From the NCBI RefSeq assembly GCF_028368995.1, contig NZ_JAQNDL010000003.1:1728001-1792000 (forward strand): a DNA stretch of 64,000 nt. Reading direction: 5' to 3'. Origin of the DNA: Nannocystis bainbridge. GTDB lineage: Bacteria; Myxococcota_A; Polyangia; Nannocystales; Nannocystaceae. The notes beneath the pieces are model-generated. The model saw only the letters and a program-made list of their open reading frames with translations, had not been told where the DNA came from and ran no database searches. This document shows positions 55,469 to 64,000 of this stretch, piece by piece. Numbering within the stretch: the first letter of the stretch is position 1; each line of letters begins with the position of its first letter. A program made the translations under genes and the position numbers.

Positions 55469-56959
55469 TCAAGTGGACCCCCTGGCCGACGAGGTCGCCC
55501 ACCAGGGCAGGTACTGCATGAGCTTGGGAGCCGCGGCAGCGTCGCGGGGCACGATGACGCCCGCCTCGACCGCATCCCGCAACAACCGCGAGGCCATCGC
55601 TCGGTTCGGCTCCGAGATGCCGAAGCGCTCCCGTATCGTCGAGTTCGTCACCGGTTCACGCTGCACGTACTTGAGACAGGCATGCCAGTAGCAGGCCCGG
55701 ACGCGCTCTTCTTTGTCCATCTGATTGAAGTCGCGGGGCGCGAACAGCACGACTCGCGTGAACCCGGGGGGCGTCTCGAACAGCGGCGGCGGGAGTTGAT
55801 GCAGCTCGACCTGTGCGACGACCTTGTCGATGCCACTGCCACGCTCCTCACAGATACGAAATCTCCGCATGAGCGACGCCAGCGTCTCGTTGCGAGAAAA
55901 AGGCGGGCTGTCGAGTAACCTCTCGACGGCCACCAACGGCTCGCCCGGATCGGTGATTTCCACGCGGCCGTCGAAGACCTCGACCATCGGCCCCGCCCCG
56001 GTGACCGAAAAATCCTGGTGAATGAGCGCGTTGGCCACCAATTCCCGGACGGCCAGCTCCGGGAACCTCGGGACCTGGTGTCGCAGCGCCTGCCCCACGA
56101 CCTCGGTCGTGGGCAGGATCCCGTTCAAGTAGACCAGCAACCCCTCGAAGCCACTCGCGTAGCCCCTGCCGTCGAGCTGCTCTCGAACTGTCTCGGTGCG
56201 ATCGCGGCCGCGGTACTGGATCACTCGTACCGCCTTGCGGCTCAAGCTGGCGAAGTCCGAGATCCGCTTGGCGAACAGGATCGCTCCCAGATTGGTGATG
56301 TCCCAGGTCTCTGCGTTCGCTACGACGAGTTGGTCGCGCCTGAGCGCGTCGAGGATCGCGCTGCGCCCGTCCGGCAGCGGGAGCTCCAGAAGATCGAAGT
56401 AGGACGGATAGTCGAGCATCTGCAGGACTTCGTCCTCACTGAGGTGTGGGGCGGCGATGCCCTTTTCGAAAGGCACCCTGTCGAACAGGCGCCAGAGCTC
56501 CCGCTCCTTCTCGGGAAAGTCCCCGAGCGGCTTCTTGTAACTCCCGACGCGGATGTACTCCCGACCCGAGAAGCTCACAGGGCGACCCGAAGCGGCGACG
56601 ATCTCCAGCAATACGACCCGTTTCCCGTCGAGCTCGACGGTCGAGAAACTGAATTCGATGCGAGGTTCGAGGAGGCGCAGCAGCCAGCTCTCCAGCGCTT
56701 CGTTGCCCTTACGGGCCTTGTTCGGGTCGAATTGGGTCCCGACGATCGCATGATCATCGTCCTTGATTCCCCATACCAGATACCCCCTGGTCTTGCTTGC
56801 AAGGGCAGCCCCGTTCGCGAGGGCCGAAATATACTCGCCGATCTCTTGCGGCTCGGCGTTGTCTACCTTGAACTCCACCCAAGGGGTCTCCCCCGGCAGC
56901 TTGCACAGTTCCCGCACGAGGCCTTGCAGATACGAGGAACTTCGGCCCGGCGTCGGCAT
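55469..56959 (-). CDS. AlbA_2/Schlafen-like domain + HATPase_c_4 (RecG C-terminal-like) + HTH protein
   Basis: ETPWVEFK...ISALANG...GYLVWGIKD; AVRELVANALIHQDF...VEITDPG...RN...CEERGSGIDKV; C-terminal HTH. Confidence 0.9.
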   Translation of the reverse strand: MPTPGRSSSYLQGLVRELCKLPGETPWVEFKVDNAEPQEIGEYISALANGAALASKTRGYLVWGIKDDDHAIVGTQFDPNKARKGNEALESWLLRLLEPRIEFSFSTVELDGKRVVLLEIVAASGRPVSFSGREYIRVGSYKKPLGDFPEKERELWRLFDRVPFEKGIAAPHLSEDEVLQMLDYPSYFDLLELPLPDGRSAILDALRRDQLVVANAETWDITNLGAILFAKRISDFASLSRKAVRVIQYRGRDRTETVREQLDGRGYASGFEGLLVYLNGILPTTEVVGQALRHQVPRFPELAVRELVANALIHQDFSVTGAGPMVEVFDGRVEITDPGEPLVAVERLLDSPPFSRNETLASLMRRFRICEERGSGIDKVVAQVELHQLPPPLFETPPGFTRVVLFAPRDFNQMDKEERVRACYWHACLKYVQREPVTNSTIRERFGISEPNRAMASRLLRDAVEAGVIVPRDAAAAPKLMQYLPWWATSSARGST

Positions 56960-57052
56960 TCCCCGCTATGATAGCAAAAATCACCGCGCGAGCAGCGGCT
57001 GAGCGTTCCTGGTACCAAGGGATTGGCCACGAGGTCGACAGGGCCTCTCGCG

Positions 57053-57793
57053 TCACTCCGCGTCGGCCGCGACCTCCGCGTCGAGCGCCTGGGCCCACCA
57101 CGCCACGCGCTGCGCCACGTGCTCCTTCGCCACGTTGCCCGCGATCATCTCGAGCTCGAACGTATAGTTGTCGACCTTCCCGCGGATCATGTCACCGAGG
57201 CGATGCCGCGTATTCGTCACCCAGTAGCCCTCCGAGAAGATCCGCAGCTGCTTCGCCGAGAAGCTGCGCGCCCGCCCCAGCGCCCGGCCGAACGGATAAC
57301 GGCGGATCGTCCGCGCCTCGAGGTCGACCACGAACATCGGCCGCCAGTACACCATGAAGAAGCCTGGCAGCCCGATCACCGTCACCGCCAATGCCACCTC
57401 CGCAGCGGAGATCCTCTGGGTGCTCGACTCCCCGCCCCAGACCTCGGTCGATCCGCTCAGGATCACCGCGAACAGCCCGAGCCACAGCAAGAACGCCCCG
57501 AAGCCGGCGATCATCAGCTCCGTCACCGCGCCGAGCTCTCGCGTCCGCGTGATCACGAGCCCCGGCGCGTCCGGCCGCAGCGCCTCGAGACGGAAGATCC
57601 GCACCGCGCTGACCATCAACACGGGCGTGATGATCGCGAACGCCAGCCACCCGGGCCCGTCCATGCGGTAAATTTCGCCGAACAGCAGGACCCTGACGAA
57701 GCCGGCGGCCATCAGCACCGGCATCGCCGCGCGCACCGCATCGCCAAAATGCAGCCCCTTTAAAAATCCACTCGCTCGCGGCACGTTCGGCAT
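57053..57793 (-). CDS. membrane protein (about 4 TM) with C-terminal PH-like soluble domain
   Basis: Hydrophobic helices followed by FVVDLEARTIRR; start MPNVPR. Confidence 0.75.
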   Translation of the reverse strand: MPNVPRASGFLKGLHFGDAVRAAMPVLMAAGFVRVLLFGEIYRMDGPGWLAFAIITPVLMVSAVRIFRLEALRPDAPGLVITRTRELGAVTELMIAGFGAFLLWLGLFAVILSGSTEVWGGESSTQRISAAEVALAVTVIGLPGFFMVYWRPMFVVDLEARTIRRYPFGRALGRARSFSAKQLRIFSEGYWVTNTRHRLGDMIRGKVDNYTFELEMIAGNVAKEHVAQRVAWWAQALDAEVAADAE

Positions 57794-57920
57794 GGTCCCT
57801 CGCGCTCGCCGACAGCGACGAGCGCGACCAGGATACACCGCGCCGCGGCCCGAGGACCGCCCGTGCCGCGACCCCGAACGAGCGCAAATCAGCGCATGCC
57901 CCTCGACGCTGTGGCGCCAC

Positions 57921-59873
57921 TCACTGCGGCACGACGCGCGTGACCAGGCACGATTGCCCGCTGCACTGCAGGACGGCCGCGCGACCGACAGCCGTCGAGA
58001 GGTACCGGAGCGGGCCCGCGACCGGCGATGCCGGCAGCGGCTGGTCGGTGGGCCAGGCGAAGACGCCGTCCTTCCAGGACCACAGCGCGGTGCCATGATC
58101 GCCGGAGCTGTCCACCAGCCCGGGCTCCACGCGGGGCAGCTCCTTGCCAGTCCCGCGCTCGTGGCGGGCGTCGTTGACGACGAGCACGCGGCCGTGCTCG
58201 AGCGCGGCACCCACGTATGTCTGATAGCGGCCGGGGCTCGTGAAGCGGCGGCCGAGGGCGCCCGTCGCCGCGTCGATCTCGACCACGCTGGTGGCCCCCG
58301 TGGGCGAATCACCGTGCTCGAGCCCGCCCGGGGCGACGGCGTACAGGGTCTTGCCGTCGGGCACGACGATCAGAGTACCGAGCGGGCCGAGCTTCGGGAT
58401 CGACGCGCGCCAGTCCTCCTTCATGCTGGCCGCGTCGATCCTCACGACATGGGTCTGGCGGTCGTCGCCGAACGAGCCGGCGTAGACATGCCGGCCGTCG
58501 ACCGAGAGGGTCCAAAAAGCCGCGATGCGGGTGTCGCTGCAGGCGCGCGCGCCGGTGCGGAGGTCGACGCGGCAGAGGCGGTGGTCCTCGATCCCCATGG
58601 CGTTCGCGGCGTCGGGCAGGACCGCGAGCTCGACGAGCGCGGGTCGGTTGGGGAGCGCGGCGACGCGGGTACAATCGCGGGTGTCCCAGATCGTCAAGTG
58701 GCCGGCCGAACTGACCACGGCGCGGTCTCCTCCCGGGGACAGCGCGCTGGCTTCGATCCGGTACAGCCGCCCGGGCGCGACGAGGTCCTCGCCGGTCGAG
58801 GCATCGATGACCCGCACGCCGCTGTCCGCGGAGTGGGCGACGCGCGCGCCGTCGGGCGAGAAGGCGAGCCGGCCGACATAGGGGAGACCCCATTGCGTGA
58901 ACAACGGCCGCCCGCTGGCGACGTCGAGGATCGCTAGACCGTATTCCTGGGTCGGTTGCGATCGCTCGAGCACGAGGCCCAGCCGCTGCGCCGACGGCGA
59001 GAACACGAGGCTGCTGACTCTCGCGCCCGCGGGCGGCTTGAAGCTGGATACCGCTGCGCCGGACGGGGCGGCGACGAGGCGCGTCTGGTCGCCGTCGACG
59101 AATGCGACGAGTCCACCGTCGCGCGAGAGCGCGACCTCACCGAGGTATTCGCCGGTGCGCGCGACGAAGGCGACCTCCTGGCGCGACGCGACATCGAACA
59201 CGTGGATCCCGTCGCCCCGGTATTCGCTGTCGCGCGTGCGGCTCGGCGCGAGCGCGGCCCGCCGACCGTCGCCGCTCACGGCCGCGGTCGCAAGCTCGGT
59301 GCCGGCGCACAGCTCACCCTCCGCGCGGAGGCCGTCGCCGAAGAGGCTCACGCAGGCGCTGCCGCTGCCCTGGAGCTGGATCGCGGAGTGACAGTCGTCG
59401 GCGGGAATGACCTCCCTCGTCGACGGGAGCGGACGCTTGCTCACGGGCTCGCGCCCCGGCATGCGCAGCAGCGCGACCTCGCCGCTGGCCTCGGTCGACA
59501 TGCAGGTGCCCGACGGCGAGACGCCGGAGGTGAGCGCGAGCTCGAATTCCTCGAGCGTGGCGCCCGACAGGGCGTCGGCGACGCGCCAGCGGCCGAGGCC
59601 CTCGAGGTACAGGCGATCGGGCGCCGGAAACAGCACGAGGCCGTAGTTTCGCACCGTGGCGAGCCGGTCGGAGCCGATCCGGCAGGTGAAGCCGGGCGGC
59701 AGGTCCTCCGCGGCGGCGCGAGCGTCCGGAGCGGGCAAGGACTCGAGGACGCGCGACCTGGACTCCTGCGAGACGCCGGCCTCGCCGGCAGGGGCCTCGG
59801 GCGCGCGCTCGGCCGGGGCACAACCGGCCAGGAGGAGGAGGCTCAGGGCCGCAGCGAGACCGGCGTGGAGCAT
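57921..59873 (-). CDS. WD40/PQQ-like beta-propeller lipoprotein
   Basis: Lipobox LLLAGC; repeats AVSGDG, ALSRDG, VFSPSA, AFSPDG, LTIWD. Confidence 0.85.
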   Translation of the reverse strand: MLHAGLAAALSLLLLAGCAPAERAPEAPAGEAGVSQESRSRVLESLPAPDARAAAEDLPPGFTCRIGSDRLATVRNYGLVLFPAPDRLYLEGLGRWRVADALSGATLEEFELALTSGVSPSGTCMSTEASGEVALLRMPGREPVSKRPLPSTREVIPADDCHSAIQLQGSGSACVSLFGDGLRAEGELCAGTELATAAVSGDGRRAALAPSRTRDSEYRGDGIHVFDVASRQEVAFVARTGEYLGEVALSRDGGLVAFVDGDQTRLVAAPSGAAVSSFKPPAGARVSSLVFSPSAQRLGLVLERSQPTQEYGLAILDVASGRPLFTQWGLPYVGRLAFSPDGARVAHSADSGVRVIDASTGEDLVAPGRLYRIEASALSPGGDRAVVSSAGHLTIWDTRDCTRVAALPNRPALVELAVLPDAANAMGIEDHRLCRVDLRTGARACSDTRIAAFWTLSVDGRHVYAGSFGDDRQTHVVRIDAASMKEDWRASIPKLGPLGTLIVVPDGKTLYAVAPGGLEHGDSPTGATSVVEIDAATGALGRRFTSPGRYQTYVGAALEHGRVLVVNDARHERGTGKELPRVEPGLVDSSGDHGTALWSWKDGVFAWPTDQPLPASPVAGPLRYLSTAVGRAAVLQCSGQSCLVTRVVPQ

Positions 59874-60164
59874 GCGCGCATCCAAGCGCACCGGCCGGCG
59901 AGAGGCAAGCGCCGGCGAGCGAACGCGCGGCGAAATCCGACGAGGAGGCCCCTCGATGCCTCGCACAGTTCCGGGACAGCTCGATGCCTGCATTCCAGGC
60001 AGTCATCGTCGCGGTCCCATCATAGCGCCTTCACTTGCGTGACGTGCAGGCCAGCCCGACACACCGTGGGGATCTCTCTGTCACAGCGAACCCCCACGAC
60101 GCGGCGTCGATGTACGCCGCGGGTCCGCTGGTGAATCGCGGCAGTTCGGGTTATCACCACCCCG

Positions 60165-60881
60165 ATGCAACGACTCTCTCGACTCGCCCTTTGTGCATTC
60201 GCGCTCGAGCTCGCCTGCGGCGAAACGACCGGCTCCACCAGCGGCTCCACCGGCGAATCGACCGACGGCGGCACCACCACCAGCACCGGCACCACCGACG
60301 ACACACCGACCGGCACCAGCACCACGACGACGACCCCAGAGTCCTCGACCGGCACCAGCACCGGCGAGCCGCTCACCACCGGCGGCGAGCCGACCACCCT
60401 CGGCACGACCACCGAAGCGGCCACGACCTCGACCGAGACCACCGGCGACACCGACACCACCGGCCCCCCCGCCGAGCCCCTCACGCGCGCCTGGTGGGTC
60501 GACGGCAACACCCTGCAGCTGCGCATCCTGCAGCAGGACAATCGCGTCGGCCTGTGCCGCGGCCTCATCCTCGAGGCGCTCGCCAGCGGCGGCGTCGACA
60601 CTCCCGCCTACGAGCCCATCGACCAGCCCGCGGAATGGGCCGTGCGCTACGTGTTCGTGCACGACGCCCCCGACGATTGCTTCGACCCCTACACCTGGTA
60701 CGAGAACGAGCCCGCCTCGGCCGCCGCCGCCACCGGCACGATCACCCTTCATGACGCCGACGCCGACGGCCAGCCCGAGACCCTCGATCTCGAAGTCACC
60801 GGCACCTACGCGCCCTCGGCCCCGTGGACCCCCGCCGAGGACCTGCTCGCCGCCGCCGGCGTCGTCGTCGAGATCGGCTGA
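60165..60881 (+). CDS. Thr/Gly-rich lipoprotein
   Basis: LELAC lipobox-like motif; long T/G tract; globular C-terminal domain. Confidence 0.85.
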   Translation: MQRLSRLALCAFALELACGETTGSTSGSTGESTDGGTTTSTGTTDDTPTGTSTTTTTPESSTGTSTGEPLTTGGEPTTLGTTTEAATTSTETTGDTDTTGPPAEPLTRAWWVDGNTLQLRILQQDNRVGLCRGLILEALASGGVDTPAYEPIDQPAEWAVRYVFVHDAPDDCFDPYTWYENEPASAAAATGTITLHDADADGQPETLDLEVTGTYAPSAPWTPAEDLLAAAGVVVEIG

Positions 60882-61295
60882 CCTCGCGCCGCGCTCGCCG
60901 AACCTGCGCCCCCGGAGGCATCGACTCCATGCGACAGACCGCGCTCCGATCGCCGCTCAGGTGGCGTCCGGACCGGGCCACGGGTCGCCGTTTTCGGCCC
61001 GGCGACGACGAACGCGAGGAGTCGGCAGGTCTGCCTCGTCGATTCGCTCCGGGCCGCCATGGATGAATGGCGGTACCGCCTCCAGCTTGAGCGGACCTGC
61101 TGCCGGATCGCTCGAGGACGGTTCTACGCGCCCACCATGCCCCCGAGGATCGCTTGGTGCATTCATGCCCCGAAGATAGCATGCAGCTCGCCGACCGCAC
61201 GACCCCGCGCGCACCGGTCGGCACGAATCCGTAGCGAGACCGGTCACCACGCGAACCCGCCACCGAGACCGCCGCACGACCCGCGCGCCGAGACC

Positions 61296-61584
61296 GCCTG
61301 CAGGCCACATTCGCTTCGCGCAAGCCTGTAAACCACTTTCGCCTCACGCAAGCCTGTAGGCCACTTTCGCCTCACGCAAGCTCATAGGCCACTTTCGCCT
61401 CACGCAAGCCTGTAAACCACTTTCGCCTCAAGCAAGCCTGTAGGCCACATTCGCTTCGCGCAAGCCTGTAAACCACTGCCGCCTCACGCAAGCTCATAGG
61501 CCACTTTCGCCTCACGCAAGCCTGTAGGCCACTTTCGCCTCGCGCAAGCATGTAGGCCATTTCCGCCAGCACGCAAGCCTGTAG
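61296..61584. repeat. non-coding tandem array, 10 x 28 bp (GCCTGTAGGCCACTTTCGCCTCACGCAA)
   Basis: Ten contiguous units plus a partial one, with no spacers; the period is not a multiple of 3. Confidence 0.95.
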
Positions 61585-62151
61585 CCGCTGCAGCCCCGAA
61601 CCCGACCGCGTCGTTGCGCAAGCCAGTAGACCGATTCGTCACTGCGCAAACCCGTCGTCGACATCTCCACGAGCCGGCGCCCGCGTCGTGCAGCGATCGC
61701 TCGCACCGTCTGAGTGCGGGCAGAGCCGAACCATTCGGCCGCGACGCCCGCGACCGGCGCGAGAGCGGCCTGCGCCGGTCCAGGTCGAACCGGACTCCGG
61801 CACTCTCGTGGATCTCGCCGCGGCGCCGCATCCTCTGAAAAGTTGTTCCCGCGCGATCGGCCTCCTTTCATCGATCATCGCGCTGGTATGCCAGCATACA
61901 ATCGCGACGCTCGCGCGGCGGAGAAGCCGAGAGACCGGAGGCCGCAGGAGCTCGCGCACGACGAGCCAGACGCCCACGCGCGGGTCACCGGGCGAAGCCG
62001 GCGCTCGCTTACGAAGCGGCGCTCGCCGGCTGCGATCGGCGGAGAGCGACGCGAGGCGCGATCGTTCCGCGGCGGCGACCCGCGCGCCGGCATCGACCGG
62101 TCCGCCTCGTACCCGTTCGCGTGCGCCGGAGCTTGTGGCAACTTCGACCCG

Positions 62152-62856
62152 ATGACTCCCGACTCGACCGCGGATGGAGCTCGTACACCCGCCCATCCCT
62201 GCACCGCGACCTTTGCCGCCTGGATGGCGGGCACGGCCGATGGCGGCGCGATCGCGCTGCACGCCGCGAAGCTCTCGACCCCCGACCTTTCGCCGCAGCT
62301 CACGGCCGTCTATCAGGTCTTCCTTCACACCCAGCGCTTCACGGTCAAGAAGAACCTCGATTCGATGCTGCGCAGTGACCCGACCGGCGTCGACGTGGAA
62401 GATCACCCGTCGATCCGCCGCGACAAGCGGCGCCTGTACGTCCTCCAGCGCGAATTGCAGCGCGCCTGTCTCACAGCCACCCTGCTCAACCTGCCGGTCG
62501 CCCGGCGCGCCGGCTTCATCCTGATCGAGGTGCTCCGGTTCAGCGAGGACGAGGTCGCCCGGATCCTGGGCACCTCCTCCTCCGCCGTGCACACCGCGGT
62601 CGGGCGAGCTCGCCGAGATCTGACCACATACCTCGAATCGAGGTGCGAGCACATGGACCCACGAAACCCGTGCCATTGCGAGACCCGCCTGGGCATCGCC
62701 CTGGAGCGAGGGTTTATCCAATGGCCCGACCGCGACGACCTCCCCGGGGACGAGCCGCTCGTCAGCCGCGCCGTGTGCCTCGACGCCGAACGGCTGTATG
62801 CCAAACTGCCGTCCCCGCTGCCCGCGCCGCGCGGATCGGGGCCGGTATGTCGATGA
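62152..62856 (+). CDS. sigma-70 region-4 domain protein with Cys-rich C-terminal extension
   Basis: LLNLPVARRAGFILIEVLRFSEDEVARILGTSSSAVHTAVGRARRDL followed by RCEHMDPRNPCHC. Start uncertain (61888 or 62152). Confidence 0.8.
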   Translation: MTPDSTADGARTPAHPCTATFAAWMAGTADGGAIALHAAKLSTPDLSPQLTAVYQVFLHTQRFTVKKNLDSMLRSDPTGVDVEDHPSIRRDKRRLYVLQRELQRACLTATLLNLPVARRAGFILIEVLRFSEDEVARILGTSSSAVHTAVGRARRDLTTYLESRCEHMDPRNPCHCETRLGIALERGFIQWPDRDDLPGDEPLVSRAVCLDAERLYAKLPSPLPAPRGSGPVCR

Positions 62857-64000
62857 AGCGCCCCCCGGCCGAGGATCTCGCGTTCGGCCGCTTCAAGCTG
62901 GTGCGCCAGCTCGGCATCGGGGCGATGGCGGTGGTCCACCTGGCGCACGACGTGCGCGGGCATCGCGACGTCGCGCTGAAGCGAATGCTCCGCGTCAATG
63001 CCGTCACGGTCGAGCGCTTCAAGCGAGAGTACCGCGCGCTGGCAGGCATCCGGCACCGCGGTGTGCCCGCCATCTTCGACATCGCCGAGTCGGCGCAAGG
63101 CGAGCCCTACTTCACGATGGAGGTCGTCGCGGGGGAGACGCTCGAGTACCACCTCCGCCGCGGACCTGTCGAGCCGGTCCGCGCGCTCACCCTGGCGATC
63201 GAGCTCGGCCGCGTCTTGATGGCGGTGCACGCCGCCGGCGTGGTCCACCGCGACGTGAAGCCCAGCAACGTGATCATCGAGCCGGGTGATCGCGTTCGCC
63301 TGCTCGACTTCGGGATCTGCTGCCTCACCGAGGACTACTATCGGCAGCCGCACCTGCGCGACGTCACGGCGGAGGTCGAGCGCTGGCAGACGCTGGACGT
63401 GCGCGGCCTCGGCAACGAGCAATACGTCGACCCGCAGCTCGCCACGGTCGGGACTTCGCCGCAAAACGACGTGTTCTCGGTCTGCGTCGTCCTCTACGAG
63501 CTCGTCACGGGGCGGCCTCTCTTCGACGCCGACGCCAGGCGCTTCGGCGAGATCGACGCGGCCGAATTTCTCCCCGGGCTGGCGCCGCTGGTCCACGAGC
63601 TGCAACGCGGTGTCTCCGAGCCGTTGTCTCGCCACCGGAGCATGGCGGAGCTGGTGAAGGCGCTCGAAGCGGTGCGCGGGCGGATCGCCGGCTGGCTCAT
63701 TGAGCAGACGCGGCCCGCGCCTCCGACGCGCGCGCGCGCATGGCGAGCACCGGCGCTGTGCCTGGCGCTGGGGTGCCTGGTCGGCGTCACGCTCGAGCGT
63801 CTGGCGTCGCCGCCGCGGCGCGACGATCCTTCGCTCCCCACGGCGGTGCTTCCGCGGCCCGACTCGTCCGTCTTCGACCTCGCAGCACCGCCGGCGAATT
63901 CAGCGTCGTCACAGCCGACGTCTCCTGCGAAGAGCCCACCGAACCCCGGATCCACCACGCAGCGGACCGCGACAGTCGAACCGTCTGCGAAGCCGAAGCG
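62853..64000 (+). CDS. Ser/Thr protein kinase (runs off the window)
   Basis: ATGA overlap; GIGAMAVV, VALK, HRDVKPSN, LLDFG; TM-like ALCLALGCLVGVTL; no stop seen before 64000, so it is absent from the ORF track. Confidence 0.9.
   Translation, partial: MKRPPAEDLAFGRFKLVRQLGIGAMAVVHLAHDVRGHRDVALKRMLRVNAVTVERFKREYRALAGIRHRGVPAIFDIAESAQGEPYFTMEVVAGETLEYHLRRGPVEPVRALTLAIELGRVLMAVHAAGVVHRDVKPSNVIIEPGDRVRLLDFGICCLTEDYYRQPHLRDVTAEVERWQTLDVRGLGNEQYVDPQLATVGTSPQNDVFSVCVVLYELVTGRPLFDADARRFGEIDAAEFLPGLAPLVHELQRGVSEPLSRHRSMAELVKALEAVRGRIAGWLIEQTRPAPPTRARAWRAPALCLALGCLVGVTLERLASPPRRDDPSLPTAVLPRPDSSVFDLAAPPANSASSQPTSPAKSPPNPGSTTQRTATVEPSAKPK

Noticed and set aside
61296-61584. CRISPR array
   Set aside because: The 28-bp units are contiguous with no unique spacers, and no cas genes are in the window.

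Overview
High-GC bacterial DNA with about 43 protein-coding genes. No rRNA, tRNA, CRISPR array or transposase was recognised. The gene content (MYXO-CTERM tails, Thr-rich lipoproteins, ECF sigma/Ser-Thr kinase pairs, an RsbR-like STAS protein) suggests a Nannocystis-like myxobacterium; this is inference. Highlights: (1) 45.7-53.9 kb holds an ECF sigma, a membrane anti-sigma-like protein, a lipoprotein TPR-CHAT (caspase-like) protease, two secreted Cys-rich proteins (one with a defensin-like Cys pattern) and a lipoprotein subtilase. Three copies of a shared promoter-like motif, TGTMAG-N12-CGYCGCCAAYGAG, link these genes, making this a candidate CRISPR-independent extracytoplasmic protease-sigma signalling system. 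(2) A 14-bp palindrome, TGTCC-N4-GGACA, occurs at about 13 loci, often as arrays with an exact 14-bp phase, both between and inside genes. (3) A lower-GC metallophosphoesterase-NACHT-TIR-like-FGE gene is flanked by imperfect direct repeats. (4) A 1277-aa protein is built from about 10 degenerate beta-rich repeats. (5) A non-coding 28-bp x10 tandem array lies upstream of an atypical sigma4/kinase pair. All product calls come from motif recognition by eye; no database searches were run.
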